NCBI GenBank assembly: GCA_964057225.1
Contig: OZ059898.1
Span: forward strand, 2,852,001-2,916,000
Direction: 5' to 3'
Source: Auanema rhodensis
Lineage: Eukaryota > Animalia > Nematoda
Length of the DNA: 64,000 bases
Shown here: piece after piece, positions 1 through 13,689 of the stretch
How positions within the stretch are numbered: the first letter of the stretch is position 1
Layout: every line of letters starts with the position of its first letter
Translations under genes and position numbers: made by a program
The notes under the pieces: generated by a model
What the model saw: the letters and a program-made list of their open reading frames with translations, nothing else
The model's database searches: none
What the model was told of the DNA's origin: nothing

Positions 1-129
1 ATAATTTTTTCGTTGAATAACATTGTCCATCGTCTTCGCCTTGAAAAAAGGAATCTAAAAACATCTACTTTTTGCTAAATTATTTTGAAATTTTCCGAAA
101 AAATTTTTGTCAAAATGTTTTTGGAAGCA

Positions 130-157
130 ATGTTGAGTGTACATGGAAACTCAACAT
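130..157. other. Inverted repeat 1 of the monomer (9-bp perfect stem, 10-nt loop); recurs every 351 bp
   Basis: ATGTTGAGT (130-138) GTACATGGAA ACTCAACAT (149-157). Confidence 0.9.
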
Positions 158-308
158 ACACTAATGCATCATTTTTCAAACGATCATAACTAATTTTTGT
201 ATTAAGCGTTTTTCAATGTAGTATAGTGCATTCGATGCGGATTTCTAAGCTGCGTCGATCTGTGTTATCAGATTTGCGCTAGCTTAAAAATGCACCGAGA
301 TATCAACT

Positions 309-330
309 GATATAAGTTCACACTTATATC
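309..330. other. Inverted repeat 3 of the monomer (9-bp perfect stem, 4-nt loop)
   Basis: GATATAAGT (309-317) TCAC ACTTATATC (322-330). It overlaps a second dyad ATATCA-AC-TGATAT (300-313). Confidence 0.9.
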
Positions 331-441
331 CTCGATTTTCATCCTGAAGAATTAATTTTTTCGTTGAATAACATTGTCCATCGTCTTTGCCTTGAAAAAT
401 CGAATCTAAAAACATCTACTTTTCGCTAAATTATTTTGAAA

Positions 442-453
442 TTTTTCGAAAAA
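442..453. other. 12-bp palindrome TTTTTCGAAAAA within an A/T-tract cluster (shown in monomer 2)
   Basis: TTTTGAAATTTTTCGAAAAAATTTTTGTCAAAA in the consensus monomer. Confidence 0.85.
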
Positions 454-591
454 ATTTTTGTCAAAATGTTTTTGGAAGCAATGTTGAGTGTACATGGAAA
501 CTCAACATACACTAATGCATCATTTTTCAAACGATCATAACTTATTTTTGTATTAAGCTTTTCTCAATGTAGTATAGTGCATTCGATGCGG

Positions 592-642
592 ATTTTTAAG
601 CTGCGTCGATCTGTGTTATCAGATTTGCGCTAGCTTAAAAAT
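592..642. other. Inverted repeat 2 of the monomer (51-bp imperfect hairpin, shown in monomer 2)
   Basis: ATTTTTAAGCT pairs perfectly with AGCTTAAAAAT (11 bp). Inner GCG/CGC and ATCTG/CAGAT stems close a TGTTAT loop. Confidence 0.9.
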
Positions 643-3600
643 GCACCGAGATATCAACTGATATAAGTTCACACTTATATCCTCGATTTTCACCCTGAAG
701 AAATAATTTTTTCGTTGAATAACATTGTCCATCGTCTTCGCCTTGAAAAAAGGAATCTAAAAACATCTACTTTTTGCTAAATTATTTTGAAATTTTCCGA
801 AAAAATTTTTGTCAAAATGTTTTTGGAAGCAATGTTGAGTGTACATGGAAACTCAACATACACTAATGCATCATTTTTCAAACGATCATAACTAATTTTT
901 GTATTAAGCGTTTTTCAATGTAGTATAGTGCATTCGATGCGGATTTCTAAGCTGCGTCGATCTGTGTTATCAGATTTGCGCTAGCTTAAAAATGCACCGA
1001 GATATCAACTGATATAAGTTCACACTTATATCCTCGATTTTCATCCTGAAGAATTAATTTTTTCGTTGAATAACATTGTCCATCGTCTTTGCCTTGAAAA
1101 ATGGAATCTAAAAACATCTACTTTTTGCTAAATTATTTCGAAATTTTTCGAAAAAATTTTTGTCAAAATGTTTTTGGAAGCAATGTTGAGTGTACATGGA
1201 AACTCAACATACACTAATGCATCATTTTTCAAACGATCATAACTAATTTTTGTATTAAGCGTTTTTCAATGTAGTATAGTGCATTCGATGCGGATTTTTA
1301 AGCTGCGTCGATCTGTGTTATCAGATTTGCGCTAGCTTAAAAATGCACCGAGATATCAACTGATATAAGTTCACACTTATATCCTCGATTTTCACCCTGA
1401 AGAATTAACTTTTTCGTTGAATAACATTGTCCATCGTCTTTGCCTTAAAAAATGGAATCTAAAAACATCTACTTTTTGCTAAATTATTTCGAAATTTTTC
1501 GAAAAAATTTTTGTCAAAATGTTTTTGGAAGCAATGTTGAGTGTACATGGAAACTCAACATACACTAATGCATCATTTTTCAAACGATCATAACTAATTT
1601 TTGTATTAAGCGTTTTTCAATGTAGTATAGTGCATTCGATGCGGATTTCTAAGCTGCGTCGATCTGTGTTATCAGATTTGCGCTAGCTTAAAAATGCACC
1701 GAGATATCAACTGATATAAGTTCACACTTATATCCTCGATTTTCACCCTGAAGAATTAACTTTTTCGTTGAATAACATTGTCCATCGTCTTTGCCTTGAA
1801 AAAAGGAATCTAAAAACATCTACTTTTTGGTAAATTATTTTGAAATTTTTCGAAAAAATTTTTGTCAAAATGTTTTTGGAAGCAATGTTGAGTGTACATG
1901 GAAACTCAACATACACTAATGCATCATTTTTCAAACGATCATAACTAATTTTTGTATTAAGCGTTTTTCAATGTAGTATAGTGCATTCGATGCGGATTTT
2001 TAAGCTGCGTCGATCTGTGTTATCAGATTTGCGCTAGCTTAGAAATGCACCGAGATATCAACTGATATAAGTTCACACTTATATCCTCGATTTTCATCCT
2101 GAAGAATTAATTTTTTCGTTGAATAACATTGTCCATCGTCTTTGCCTTGAAAAATGGAATCTAAAAACATCTACTTTTTGCTAAATTATTTCGAAATTTT
2201 TCGAAAAAATTTTTGTCAAAATGTTTTTGGAAGCAATGTTGAGTGTACATGGAAACTCAACATACACTAATGCATCATTTTTCAAACGATCATAACTAAT
2301 TTTTGTATTAAGCGTTTTTCAATGTAGTATAGTGCATTCGATGCGGATTTTTAAGCTGCGTCGATCTGTGTTATCAGATTTGCGCTAGGTTAAAAATGCA
2401 CCGAGATATCAACTGATATAAGTTCACACTTATATCCTCGATTTTCACCCTGAAGAATTAACTTTTTCGTTGAATAACATTGTCCATCGTCTTTGCCTTA
2501 AAAAATGGAATCTAAAAACATCTACTTTTTGCTAAATTATTTCGAAATTTTTCGAAAAAATTTTTGTCAAAATGTTTTTGGAAGCAATGTTGAGTGTACA
2601 TGGAAACTCAACATACACGAATGCATCATTTTTCAAACGATCATAACTAATTTTTGTATTAAGCGTTTTTCAATGTAGTATAGTGCATTCGATGCGGATT
2701 TTTAAGCTGCGTCGATCTGTGTTATCAGATTTGCGCTAGCTTAAAAATGCACCGAGATATCAACTGATATAAGTTCACACTTATATCCTCGATTTTCATC
2801 CTGAAGAATTAATTTTTTCGTTGAATAACATTGTCCATAGTCTTTGCCTTGAAAAATGGAATCTAAAAACATCTACTTTTTGCTAAATTATTTTGAAATT
2901 TTTCGAAAAAATTTTTGTCAAAATGTTTTTGGAAGCAATGTTGAGTGTACATGGAAACTCAACATACACGAATGCATCATTTTTCAAACGATCATAACTA
3001 ATTTTTGTATTAAGCGTTTTTCAATGTAGTATAGTGCATTCGATGCGGATTTTTAAGCTGCGTCGATCTGTGTTATCAGATTTGCGCTAGCTTAAAAATG
3101 CACCGAGATATCAACTGATATAAGTTCACACTTATATCCTCGATTTTCACCCTGAAGAATTAACTTTTTCGTTGAATAACATTGTCCATCGTCTTTGCCT
3201 TAAAAAATGGAATCTAAAAACATCTACTTTTTGCTAAATTATTTCGAAATTTTTCGAAAAAATTTTTGTCAAAATGTTTTTGGAAGCAATGTTGAGTGTA
3301 CATGGAAACTCAACATACACTAATGCATCATTTTTCAAACGATCATAACTAATTTTTGTATTAAGCGTTTTTCAATGTAGTATAGTGCATTCGATGCGGA
3401 TTTTTAAGCTGCGTCGATCTGTGTTATCAGATTTGCGCTAGCTTAAAAATGCACCGAGATATCAACTGATATAAGTTCACACTTATATCCTCGATTTTCA
3501 CCCTGAAGAATTAACTTTTTCGTTGAATAACATTGTCCATCGTCTTTGCCTTGAAAAAAGGAATCTAAAAACATCTACTTTTTGGTAAATTATTTTGAAA

Positions 3601-6600
3601 TTTTTCGAAAAAATTTTTGTCAAAATGTTTTTGGAAGCAATGTTGAGTGTACATGGAAACTCAACATACACTAATGCATCATTTTTCAAACGATCATAAC
3701 TAATTTTTGTATTAAGCGTTTTTCAATGTAGTATAGTGCATTCGATGCGGATTTTTAAGCTGCGTCGATCTGTGTTATCAGATTTGCGCTAGCTTAAAAA
3801 TGCACCGAGATATCAACTGATATAAGTTCACACTTATATCCTCGATTTTCATCCTGAAGAATTAATTTTTTCGTTGAATAACATTGTCCATCGTCTTTGC
3901 CTTGAAAAATGGAATCTAAAAACATCTACTTTTTGCTAAATTATTTCGAAATTTTTCGAAAAAATTTTTGTCAAAATGTTTTTGGAAGCAATGTTGAGTG
4001 TACATGGAAACTCAACATACACTAATGCATCATTTTTCAAACGATCATAACTAATTTTTGTATTAAGCGTTTTTCAATGTAGTATAGTGCATTCGATGCG
4101 GATTTTCAAGCTGCGTCGATCTGTGTTATCAGATTTGCGCTAGCTTAAAAATGCACCGAGATATCAACTGATATAAGTTCACACTTATATCCTCGATTTT
4201 CATCCTGAAGAATTAATTTTTTCGTTGAATAACATTGTCCATCGTCTTTGCCTTGAAAAATGGAATCTAAAAACATCTACTTTTTGCTAAATTATTTCGA
4301 AATTTTTCGAAAAAATTTTTGTCAAAATGTTTTTGGAAGCAATGTTGAGTGTACATGGAAACTCAACATACACTAATGCATCATTTTTCAAACGATCATA
4401 ACTAATTTTTGTATTAAGCGTTTTTCAATGTAGTATAGTGCATTCGATGCGGATTTTTAAGCTGCGTCGATCTGTGTTATCAGATTTGCGCTAGGTTAAA
4501 AATGCACCGAGATATCAACTGATATAAGTTCACACTTATATCCTCGATTTTCACCCTGAAGAATTAACTTTTTCGTTGAATAACATTGTCCATCGTCTTT
4601 GCCTTAAAAAATGGAATCTAAAAACATCTACTTTTTGCTAAATTATTTCGAAATTTTTCGAAAAAATTTTTGTCAAAATGTTTTTGGAAGGAATGTTGAG
4701 TGTACATGTAAACTCAACATACACTAATGCATCATTTTTCAAACGATCATAACTAATTTTTGTATTAAGCGTTTTTCAATGTAGTATAGTGCATTCGATG
4801 CGGATTTTTAAGCTGCGTCGATCTGTGTTATCAGATTTGCGCTAGCTTAAAAATGCACCGAGATATCAACTGATATAAGTTCACACTTATATCCTCGATT
4901 TTCACCCTGAAGAATTAACTTTTTCGTTGAATAACATTGTCCATCGTCTTTGCCTTGAAAAAAGGAATCTAAAAACATCTACTTTTTGGTAAATTATTTT
5001 GAAATTTTTCGAAAAAATTTTTGTCAAAATGTTTTTGGAAGCAATGTTGAGTGTACATGGAAACTCAACATACACTAATGCATCATTTTTCAAACGATCA
5101 TAACTAATTTTTGTATTAAGCGTTTTTCAATGTAGTATAGTGCATTCGATGCGGATTTTTAAGCTGCGTCGATCTGTGTTATCAGATTTGCGCTAGCTTA
5201 AAAATGCACCGAGATATCAACTGATATAAGTTCACACTTATATCCTCGATTTTCACCCTGAAGAATTAACTTTTTCGTTGAATAACATTGTCCATCGTCT
5301 TTGCCTTAAAAAATGGAATCTAAAAACATCTACTTTTTGCTAAATTATTTCGAAATTTTTCGAAAAAATTTTTGTCAAAATGTTTTTGGAAGCAATGTTG
5401 AGTGTACATGGAAACTCAACATACACTAATGCATCATTTTTCAAACGATCATAACTAATTTTTGTATTAAGCGTTTTTCAATGTAGTATAATGCATTCGA
5501 TGCGGATTTCTAAGCTGCGTCGATCTGTGTTATCAGATTTGCGCTAGCTTAAAAATGCACCGAGATATCAACTGATATAAGTTCACACTTATATCCTCGA
5601 TTTTCACCCTGAAGAATTAACTTTTTCGTTGAATAACATTGTCCATCGTCTTTGCCTTAAAAAATGGAATCTAAAAACATCTACTTTTTGCTAAATTATT
5701 TCGAAATTTTTCGAAAAAATTTTTGTCAAAATGTTTTTGGAAGCAATGTTGAGTGTACATGGAAACTCAACATACACGAATGCATCATTTTTCAAACGAT
5801 CATAACTAATTTTTGTATTAAGCGTTTTTCAATGTAGTATAGTGCATTCGATGCGGATTTTTAAGCTGCGTCGATCTGTGTTATCAGATTTGCGCTAGCT
5901 TAAAAATGCACCGAGATATCAACTGATATAAGTTCACACTTATATCCTCGATTTTCATCCTGAAGAATTAATTTTTTCGTTGAATAACATTGTCCATAGT
6001 CTTTGCCTTGAAAAATGGAATCTAAAAACATCTACTTTTTGCTAAATTATTTTGAAATTTTTCGAAAAAATTTTTGTCAAAATGTTTTTGGAAGCAATGT
6101 TGAGTGTACATGGAAACTCAACATACACTAATGCATCATTTTTCAAACGATCATAACTAATTTTTGTATTAAGCGTTTTTCAATGTAGTATAGTGCATTC
6201 GATGCGGATTTTTAAGCTGCGTCGATCTGTGTTATCAGATTTGCGCTAGCTTGAAAATGCACCGAGATATCAACTGATACAAGTTCACACTTATATCCTC
6301 GATTTTCACCCTGAAGAAATAATTTTTTCGTTGAATAACATTGTCCATCGTCTTTGCCTTGAAAAAAGGATTCTAAAAACATCTACTTTTTGCTAAATTA
6401 TTTTGAAATTTTTCGAAAAAATTTTTGTCAAAATGTTTTTGGAAGCAATGTTGAGTGTACATGGAAACTCAACATACACTAATGCATCATTTTTCAAACG
6501 ATCTTAACTAATTTTTGTATCAAGCGTTTCTTAATGTAGTATAGTGCATTCGATGCGGATTTCTAAGCTGCGTCGATCTGTGTTATCAGATTTGCGCTAG

Positions 6601-7599
6601 CTTAAAAATGCACCGAGATATCAACTGATATAAGTTCACACTTATATCCTCGATTTTCATCCTGAAGAATTAATTTTTTCGTTGAATAACATTGTCCATC
6701 GTCTTTGCCTTGAAAAATCGAATCTAAAAACATCTACTTTTCGCTAAATTATTTTGAAATTTTTCGAAAAAATTTTTGTCAAAATGTTTTTGGAAGCAAT
6801 GTTGAGTGTACATGGAAACTCAACATACACTAATGCATCATTTTTCAAACGATCATAACTAATTTTTGTATTAAGCGTTTTTCAATGTAGTATAGTGCAT
6901 TCGATGCGGATTTTTAAGCTGCGTCGATCTGTGTTATCAGATTTGCGCTAGCTTAAAAATGCACCGAGATATCAACTGATACAAGTTCACACTTATATCC
7001 TCGATTTTCATCCTGAAGAATTAATTTTTTCGTTGAATAACATTGTCCATCGTCTTCGCCTTGAAAAAAGGAATCTAAAAACATCTACTTTTTGCTAAAT
7101 TATTTTGAAATTTTCCGAAAAAATTTTTGTCAAAATGTTTTTGGAAGCAATGTTGAGTGTACATGGAAACTCAACATACACTAATGCATCATTTTTCAAA
7201 CGATCATAACTAATTTTTGTATTAAGCGTTTTTCAATGTAGTATAGTGCATTCGATGCGGATTTCTAAGCTGCGTCGATCTGTGTTATCAGATTTGCGCT
7301 AGCTTAAAAATGCACCGAGATATCAACTGATATAAGTTCACACTTATATCCTCGATTTTCATCCTGAAGAATTAATTTTTTCGTTGAATAACATTGTCCA
7401 TCGTCTTTGCCTTGAAAAATCGAATCTAAAAACATCTACTTTTCGCTAAATTATTTTGAAATTTTTCGAAAAAATTTTTGTCAAAATGTTTTTGGAAGCA
7501 ATGTTGAGTGTACATGGAAACTCAACATACACTAATGCATCATTTTTCAAACGATCATAACTAATTTTTGTATTAAGCGTTTTTCAATGTAGTATAGTG

Positions 7600-10500
7600 C
7601 ATTCGATGCGGATTTCTAAGCTGCGTCGATCTGTGTTATCAGATTTGCGCTAGCTTAAAAATGCACCGAGATATCAACTGATATAAGTTCACACTTATAT
7701 CCTCGATTTTCATCCTGAAGAATTAATTTTTTCGTTGAATAACATTGTCCATCGTCTTTGCCTTGAAAAATCAAATCTAAAAACATCTACTTTTCGCTAA
7801 ATTATTTTGAAATTTTTCGAAAAAATTTTTGTCAAAATGTTTTTGGAAGCAATGTTGAGTGTACATGGAAACTCAACATACACTAATGCATCATTTTTCA
7901 AACGATCATAACTAATTTTTGTATTAAGCGTTTTTCAATGTAGTATAGTGCATTCGATGCGGATTTTCAAGCTGCGTCGATCTGTGTTATCAGATTTGCG
8001 CTAGCTTAAAAATGCACCGAGATATCAACTGATATAAGTTCACACTTATATCCTCGATTTTCATCCTGAAGAATTAATTTTTTCGTTGAATAACATTGTC
8101 CATCGTCTTTGCCTTGAAAAATGGAATCTAAAAACATCTACTTTTTGCTAAATTATTTCGAAATTTTTCGAAAAAATTTTTGTCAAAATGTTTTTGGAAG
8201 CAATGTTGAGTGTACATGGAAACTCAACATACACTAATGCATCATTTTTCAAACGATCATAACTAATTTTTATATTAAGCGTTTTTCAATGTAGTATAGT
8301 GCATTCGATGCGGATTTTTAAGCTGCGTCGATCTGTGTTATCAGATTTGCGCTAGCTTAAAAATGCACCGAGATATCAACTGATATAAGTTCACACTTAT
8401 ATCCTCGATTTTCATCCTGAAGAATTAATTTTTTCGTTGAATAACATTGTCCATCGTCTTTGCCTTAAAAAATGGAATCTAAAAACATCTACTTTTTGCT
8501 AAATTATTTTGAAATTTTTCGAAAAAATTTTTGTCAAAATGTTTTTGGAAGCAATGTTGAGTGTACATGGAAACTCAACATACACTAATGCATCATTTTT
8601 CAAACGATCATAACTAATTTTTGTATTAAGCGTTTTTCAATGTAGTATAGTGCATTCGATGCGGATTTTTAAGCTGCGTCGATCTGTGTTATCAGATTTG
8701 CGCTAGCTTAAAAATGCACCGAGATATCAACTGATATAAGTTCACACTTATATCCTCGATTTTCACCCTGAAGAATTAACTTTTTCGTTGAATAACATTG
8801 TCCATCGTCTTTGCCTTGAAAAAAGGAATCTAAAAACATCTACTTTTTGGTAAATTATTTTGAAATTTTTCGAAAAAATTTTTGTCAAAATGTTTTTGGA
8901 AGCAATGTTGAGTGTACATGGAAACTCAACATACACTAATGCATCATTTTTCAAACGATCATAACTAATTTTTGTATTAAGCGTTTTTCAATGTAGTATA
9001 GTGTATTCGATGCGGATTTTTAAGCTGCGTCGATCTGTGTTATCAGATTTGCGCTAGCTTAAAAATGCACCGAGATATCAACTGATATAAGTTCACACTT
9101 ATATCCTCGATTTTCATCCTGAAGAATTAATTTTTTCGTTGAATAACATTGTCCATCGTCTTTGCCTTGAAAAATGGAATCTAAAAACATCTACTTTTTG
9201 CTAAATTATTTCGAAATTTTTCGAAAAAATTTTTGTCAAAATGTTTTTGGAAGCAATGTTGAGTGTACATGGAAACTCAACATACACTAATGCATCATTT
9301 TTCAAACGATCATAACTAATTTTTGTATTAAGCGTTTTTCAATGTAGTATAGTGCATTCGATGCGGATTTTTAAGCTGCGTCGATCTGTGTTATCAGATT
9401 TGCGCTAGCTTAAAAATGCACCGAGATATCAACTGATATAAGTTCACACTTATATCCTCGATTTTCATCCTGAAGAATTAATTTTTTCGTTGAATAACAT
9501 TGTCCATCGTCTTTGCCTTAAAAAATGGAATCTAAAAACATCTACTTTTTGCTAAATTATTTTGAAATTTTTCGAAAAAATTTTTGTCAAAATGTTTTTG
9601 GAAGCAATGTTGAGTGTACATGGAAACTCAACATACACTAATGCATCATTTTTCAAACGATCATAACTAATTTTTGTATTAAGCGTTTTTCAATGTAGTA
9701 TAGTGCATTCGATGCGGATTTTTAAGCTGCGTCGATCTGTGTTATCAGATTTGCGCTAGCTTAAAAATGCACCGAGATATCAACTGATATAAGTTCACAC
9801 TTATATCCTCGATTTTCACCCTGAAGAATTAACTTTTTCGTTGAATAACATTGTCCATCGTCTTTGCCTTGAAAAAAGGAATCTAAAAACATCTACTTTT
9901 TGGTAAATTATTTTGAAATTTTTCGAAAAAATTTTTGTCAAAATGTTTTTGGAAGCAATGTTGAGTGTACATGGAAACTCAACATACACTAATGTATCAT
10001 TTTTCAAACGATCATAACTAATTTTTGTATCAAGCGTTTCTCAATGTTGTATAGTGCATTCGATGCGGATTTTTAAGCTGCGTCGATCTGTGTTATCAGA
10101 TTTGCGCTAGCTTGAAAATGCACCGAGATATCAACTGATATAAGTTCACACTTATATCCTCGATTTTCATCCTGAAGAATTAATTTTTTCGTTGAATAAC
10201 ATTGTCCATCGTCTTTGCCTTAAAAAATGGAATCTAAAAACATCTACTTTTTGCTAAATTATTTTGAAATTTTTCGAAAAAATTTTTGTCAAAATGTTTT
10301 TGGAAGCAATGTTGAGTGTACATGGAAACTCAACATACACTAATGCATCATTTTTCAAACGATCATAACTAATTTTTGTATTAAGCGTTTTTCAATGTAG
10401 TATAGTGCATTCGATGCGGATTTCTAAGCTGCGTCGATCTGTGTTATCAGATTTGCGCTAGCTTAAAAATGCACCGAGATATCAACTGATATAAGTTCAC

Positions 10501-13230
10501 ACTTATATCCTCGATTTTCATCCTGAAGAATTAATTTTTTCGTTGAATAACATTGTCCATCGTCTTTGCCTTGAAAAATCAAATCTAAAAACATCTACTT
10601 TTCGCTAAATTATTTTGAAATTTTTCGAAAAAATTTTTGTCAAAATGTTTTTGGAAGCAATGTTGAGTGTACATGGAAACTCAACATACACTAATGCATC
10701 ATTTTTCAAACGATCATAACTAATTTTTGTATTAAGCGTTTTTCAATGTAGTATAGTGCATTCGATGCGGATTTTCAAGCTGCGTCGATCTGTGTTATCA
10801 GATTTGCGCTAGCTTAAAAATGCACCGAGATATCAACTGATATAAGTTCACACTTATATCCTCGATTTTCATCCTGAAGAATTAATTTTTTCGTTGAATA
10901 ACATTGTCCATCGTCTTTGCCTTGAAAAATGGAATCTAAAAACATCTACTTTTTGCTAAATTATTTCGAAATTTTTCGAAAAAATTTTTGTCAAAATGTT
11001 TTTGGAAGCAATGTTGAGTGTACATGGAAACTCAACATACACTAATGCATCATTTTTCAAACGATCATAACTAATTTTTGTATTAAGCGTTTTTCAATGT
11101 AGTATAGTGCATTCGATGCGGATTTTTAAGCTGCGTCGATCTGTGTTATCAGATTTGCGCTAGCTTAAAAATGCACCGAGATATCAACTGATATAAGTTC
11201 ACACTTATATCCTCGATTTTCATCCTGAAGAATTAATTTTTTCGTTGAATAACATTGTCCATCGTCTTTGCCTTAAAAAATGGAATCTAAAAACATCTAC
11301 TTTTTGCTAAATTATTTTGAAATTTTTCGAAAAAATTTTTGTCAAAATGTTTTTGGAAGCAATGTTGAGTGTACATGGAAACTCAACATACACTAATGCA
11401 TCATTTTTCAAACGATCATAACTAATTTTTGTATTAAGCGTTTTTCAATGTAGTATAGTGCATTCGATGCGGATTTTTAAGCTGCGTCGATCTGTGTTAT
11501 CAGATTTGCGCTAGCTTAAAAATGCACCGAGATATCAACTGATATAAGTTCACACTTATATCCTCGATTTTCACCCTGAAGAATTAACTTTTTCGTTGAA
11601 TAACATTGTCCATCGTCTTTGCCTTGAAAAAAGGAATCTAAAAACATCTACTTTTTGGTAAATTATTTTGAAATTTTTCGAAAAAATTTTTGTCAAAATG
11701 TTTTTGGAAGCAATGTTGAGTGTACATGGAAACTCAACATACACTAATGCATCATTTTTCAAACGATCATAACTAATTTTTGTATTAAGCGTTTTTCAAT
11801 GTAGTATAGTGTATTCGATGCGGATTTTTAAGCTGCGTCGATCTGTGTTATCAGATTTGCGCTAGCTTAAAAATGCACCGAGATATCAACTGATATAAGT
11901 TCACACTTATATCCTCGATTTTCATCCTGAAGAATTAATTTTTTCGTTGAATAACATTGTCCATCGTCTTTGCCTTGAAAAATGGAATCTAAAAACATCT
12001 ACTTTTTGCTAAATTATTTCGAAATTTTTCGAAAAAATTTTTGTCAAAATGTTTTTGGAAGCAATGTTGAGTGTACATGGAAACTCAACATACACTAATG
12101 CATCATTTTTCAAACGATCATAACTAATTTTTGTATTAAGCGTTTTTCAATGTAGTATAGTGCATTCGATGCGGATTTTTAAGCTGCGTCGATCTGTGTT
12201 ATCAGATTTGCGCTAGCTTAAAAATGCACCGAGATATCAACTGATATAAGTTCACACTTATATCCTCGATTTTCATCCTGAAGAATTAATTTTTTCGTTG
12301 AATAACATTGTCCATCGTCTTTGCCTTAAAAAATGGAATCTAAAAACATCTACTTTTTGCTAAATTATTTTGAAATTTTTCGAAAAAATTTTTGTCAAAA
12401 TGTTTTTGGAAGCAATGTTGAGTGTACATGGAAACTCAACATACACTAATGCATCATTTTTCAAACGATCATAACTAATTTTTGTATTAAGCGTTTTTCA
12501 ATGTAGTATAGTGCATTCGATGCGGATTTTTAAGCTGCGTCGATCTGTGTTATCAGATTTGCGCTAGCTTAAAAATGCACCGAGATATCAACTGATATAA
12601 GTTCACACTTATATCCTCGATTTTCACCCTGAAGAATTAACTTTTTCGTTGAATAACATTGTCCATCGTCTTTTCCTTGAAAAAAGGAATCTAAAAACAT
12701 CTACTTTTTGGTAAATTATTTTGAAATTTTTCGAAAAAATTTTTGTCAAAATGTTTTTGGAAGCAATGTTGAGTGTACATGGAAACTCAACATACACTAA
12801 TGTATCATTTTTCAAACGATCATAACTAATTTTTGTATCAAGCGTTTCTCAATGTTGTATAGTGCATTCGATGCGGATTTTTAAGCTGCGTCGATCTGTG
12901 TTATCAGATTTGCGCTAGCTTAAAAATGCACCGAGATATCAACTGATATAAGTTCACACTTATATCCTCGATTTTCATCCTGAAGAATTAATTTTTTCGT
13001 TGAATAACATTGTCCATCGTCTTTGCCTTAAAAAATGGAATCTAAAAACATCTACTTTTTGCTAAATTATTTTGAAATTTTTCGAAAAAATTTTTGTCAA
13101 AATGTTTTTGGAAGCAATGTTGAGTGTACATGGAAACTCAACATACACTAATGCATCATTTTTCAAACGATCATAACTAATTTTTGTATTAAGCGTTTTT
13201 CAATGTAGTATAGTGCATTCGATGCGGATT
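7600..13230. repeat. 8-monomer (2808-bp) tandem duplication with an internal 3-mer pattern
   Basis: Marker pairs at offset 2808: AATCAA 7773/10581, GTGTATT 9004/11812, AATGTA 9995/12803. Boundaries are approximate. Confidence 0.85.
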
Positions 13231-13689
13231 TTTAAGCTGCGTCGATCTGTGTTATCAGATTTGCGCTAGCTTAAAAATGCACCGAGATATCAACTGATAT
13301 AAGTTCACACTTATATCCTCGATTTTCACCCTGAAGAATTAACTTTTTCGTTGAATAACATTGTCCATCGTCTTTGCCTTGAAAAAAGGAATCTAAAAAC
13401 ATCTACTTTTTGGTAAATTATTTTGAAATTTTTCGAAAAAATTTTTGTCAAAATGTTTTTGGAAGCAATGTTGAGTGTACATGGAAACTCAACATACACT
13501 AATGCATCATTTTTCAAACGATCATAACTAATTTTTGTATTAAGCGTTTTTCAATGTAGTATAGTGTATTCGATGCGGATTTTTAAGCTGCGTCGATCTG
13601 TGTTATCAGATTTGCGCTAGCTTAAAAATGCACCGAGATATCAACTGATATAAGTTCACACTTATATCCTCGATTTTCACCCTGAAGAA

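Larger units (their letters stand above)
1..351 (+). repeat. Representative monomer (unit 1, arbitrary phase)
   Basis: (A/T)TAATTTTTTCGTTGAATAAC...CCTGAAGAA, followed immediately by the next copy at 352. Confidence 0.97.

Noticed and set aside
1-351. Tandem RNA gene cluster (5S rRNA, tRNA, snRNA, spliced leader)
   Set aside because: I recognise no 5S, tRNA cloverleaf/box A-B, snRNA or spliced-leader sequence on either strand. An Rfam/Infernal scan would be the decisive test.
1-351. Monomer as a dimer of ~175-bp subunits
   Set aside because: Only short AT-rich matches (e.g. TAATTTTT at 2 and 191) are visible, with no convincing collinear similarity between halves.
1-351. Assignment to a named satellite (Drosophila 1.688, Tribolium ~350-bp satellites) or a CENP-B box
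   Set aside because: Only length and AT content are similar. I cannot confirm sequence homology without a search, and no canonical TTCG-N4-A-N2-CGGG box is present.
592-681. Hairpins as rho-independent terminators or promoter elements
   Set aside because: There is no gene context, the stems are AT-rich, and the array is eukaryote-type satellite.
1743-13517. Eight near-identical 63-aa minus-strand ORFs (MKNDALVYVEF...)
   Set aside because: They appear only in monomers carrying the GGTAAA and TTAACT variants with TTGAAA, which happen to remove stop codons. The other ~174 monomers are closed. There is no recognisable domain and the composition reflects AT-rich DNA.
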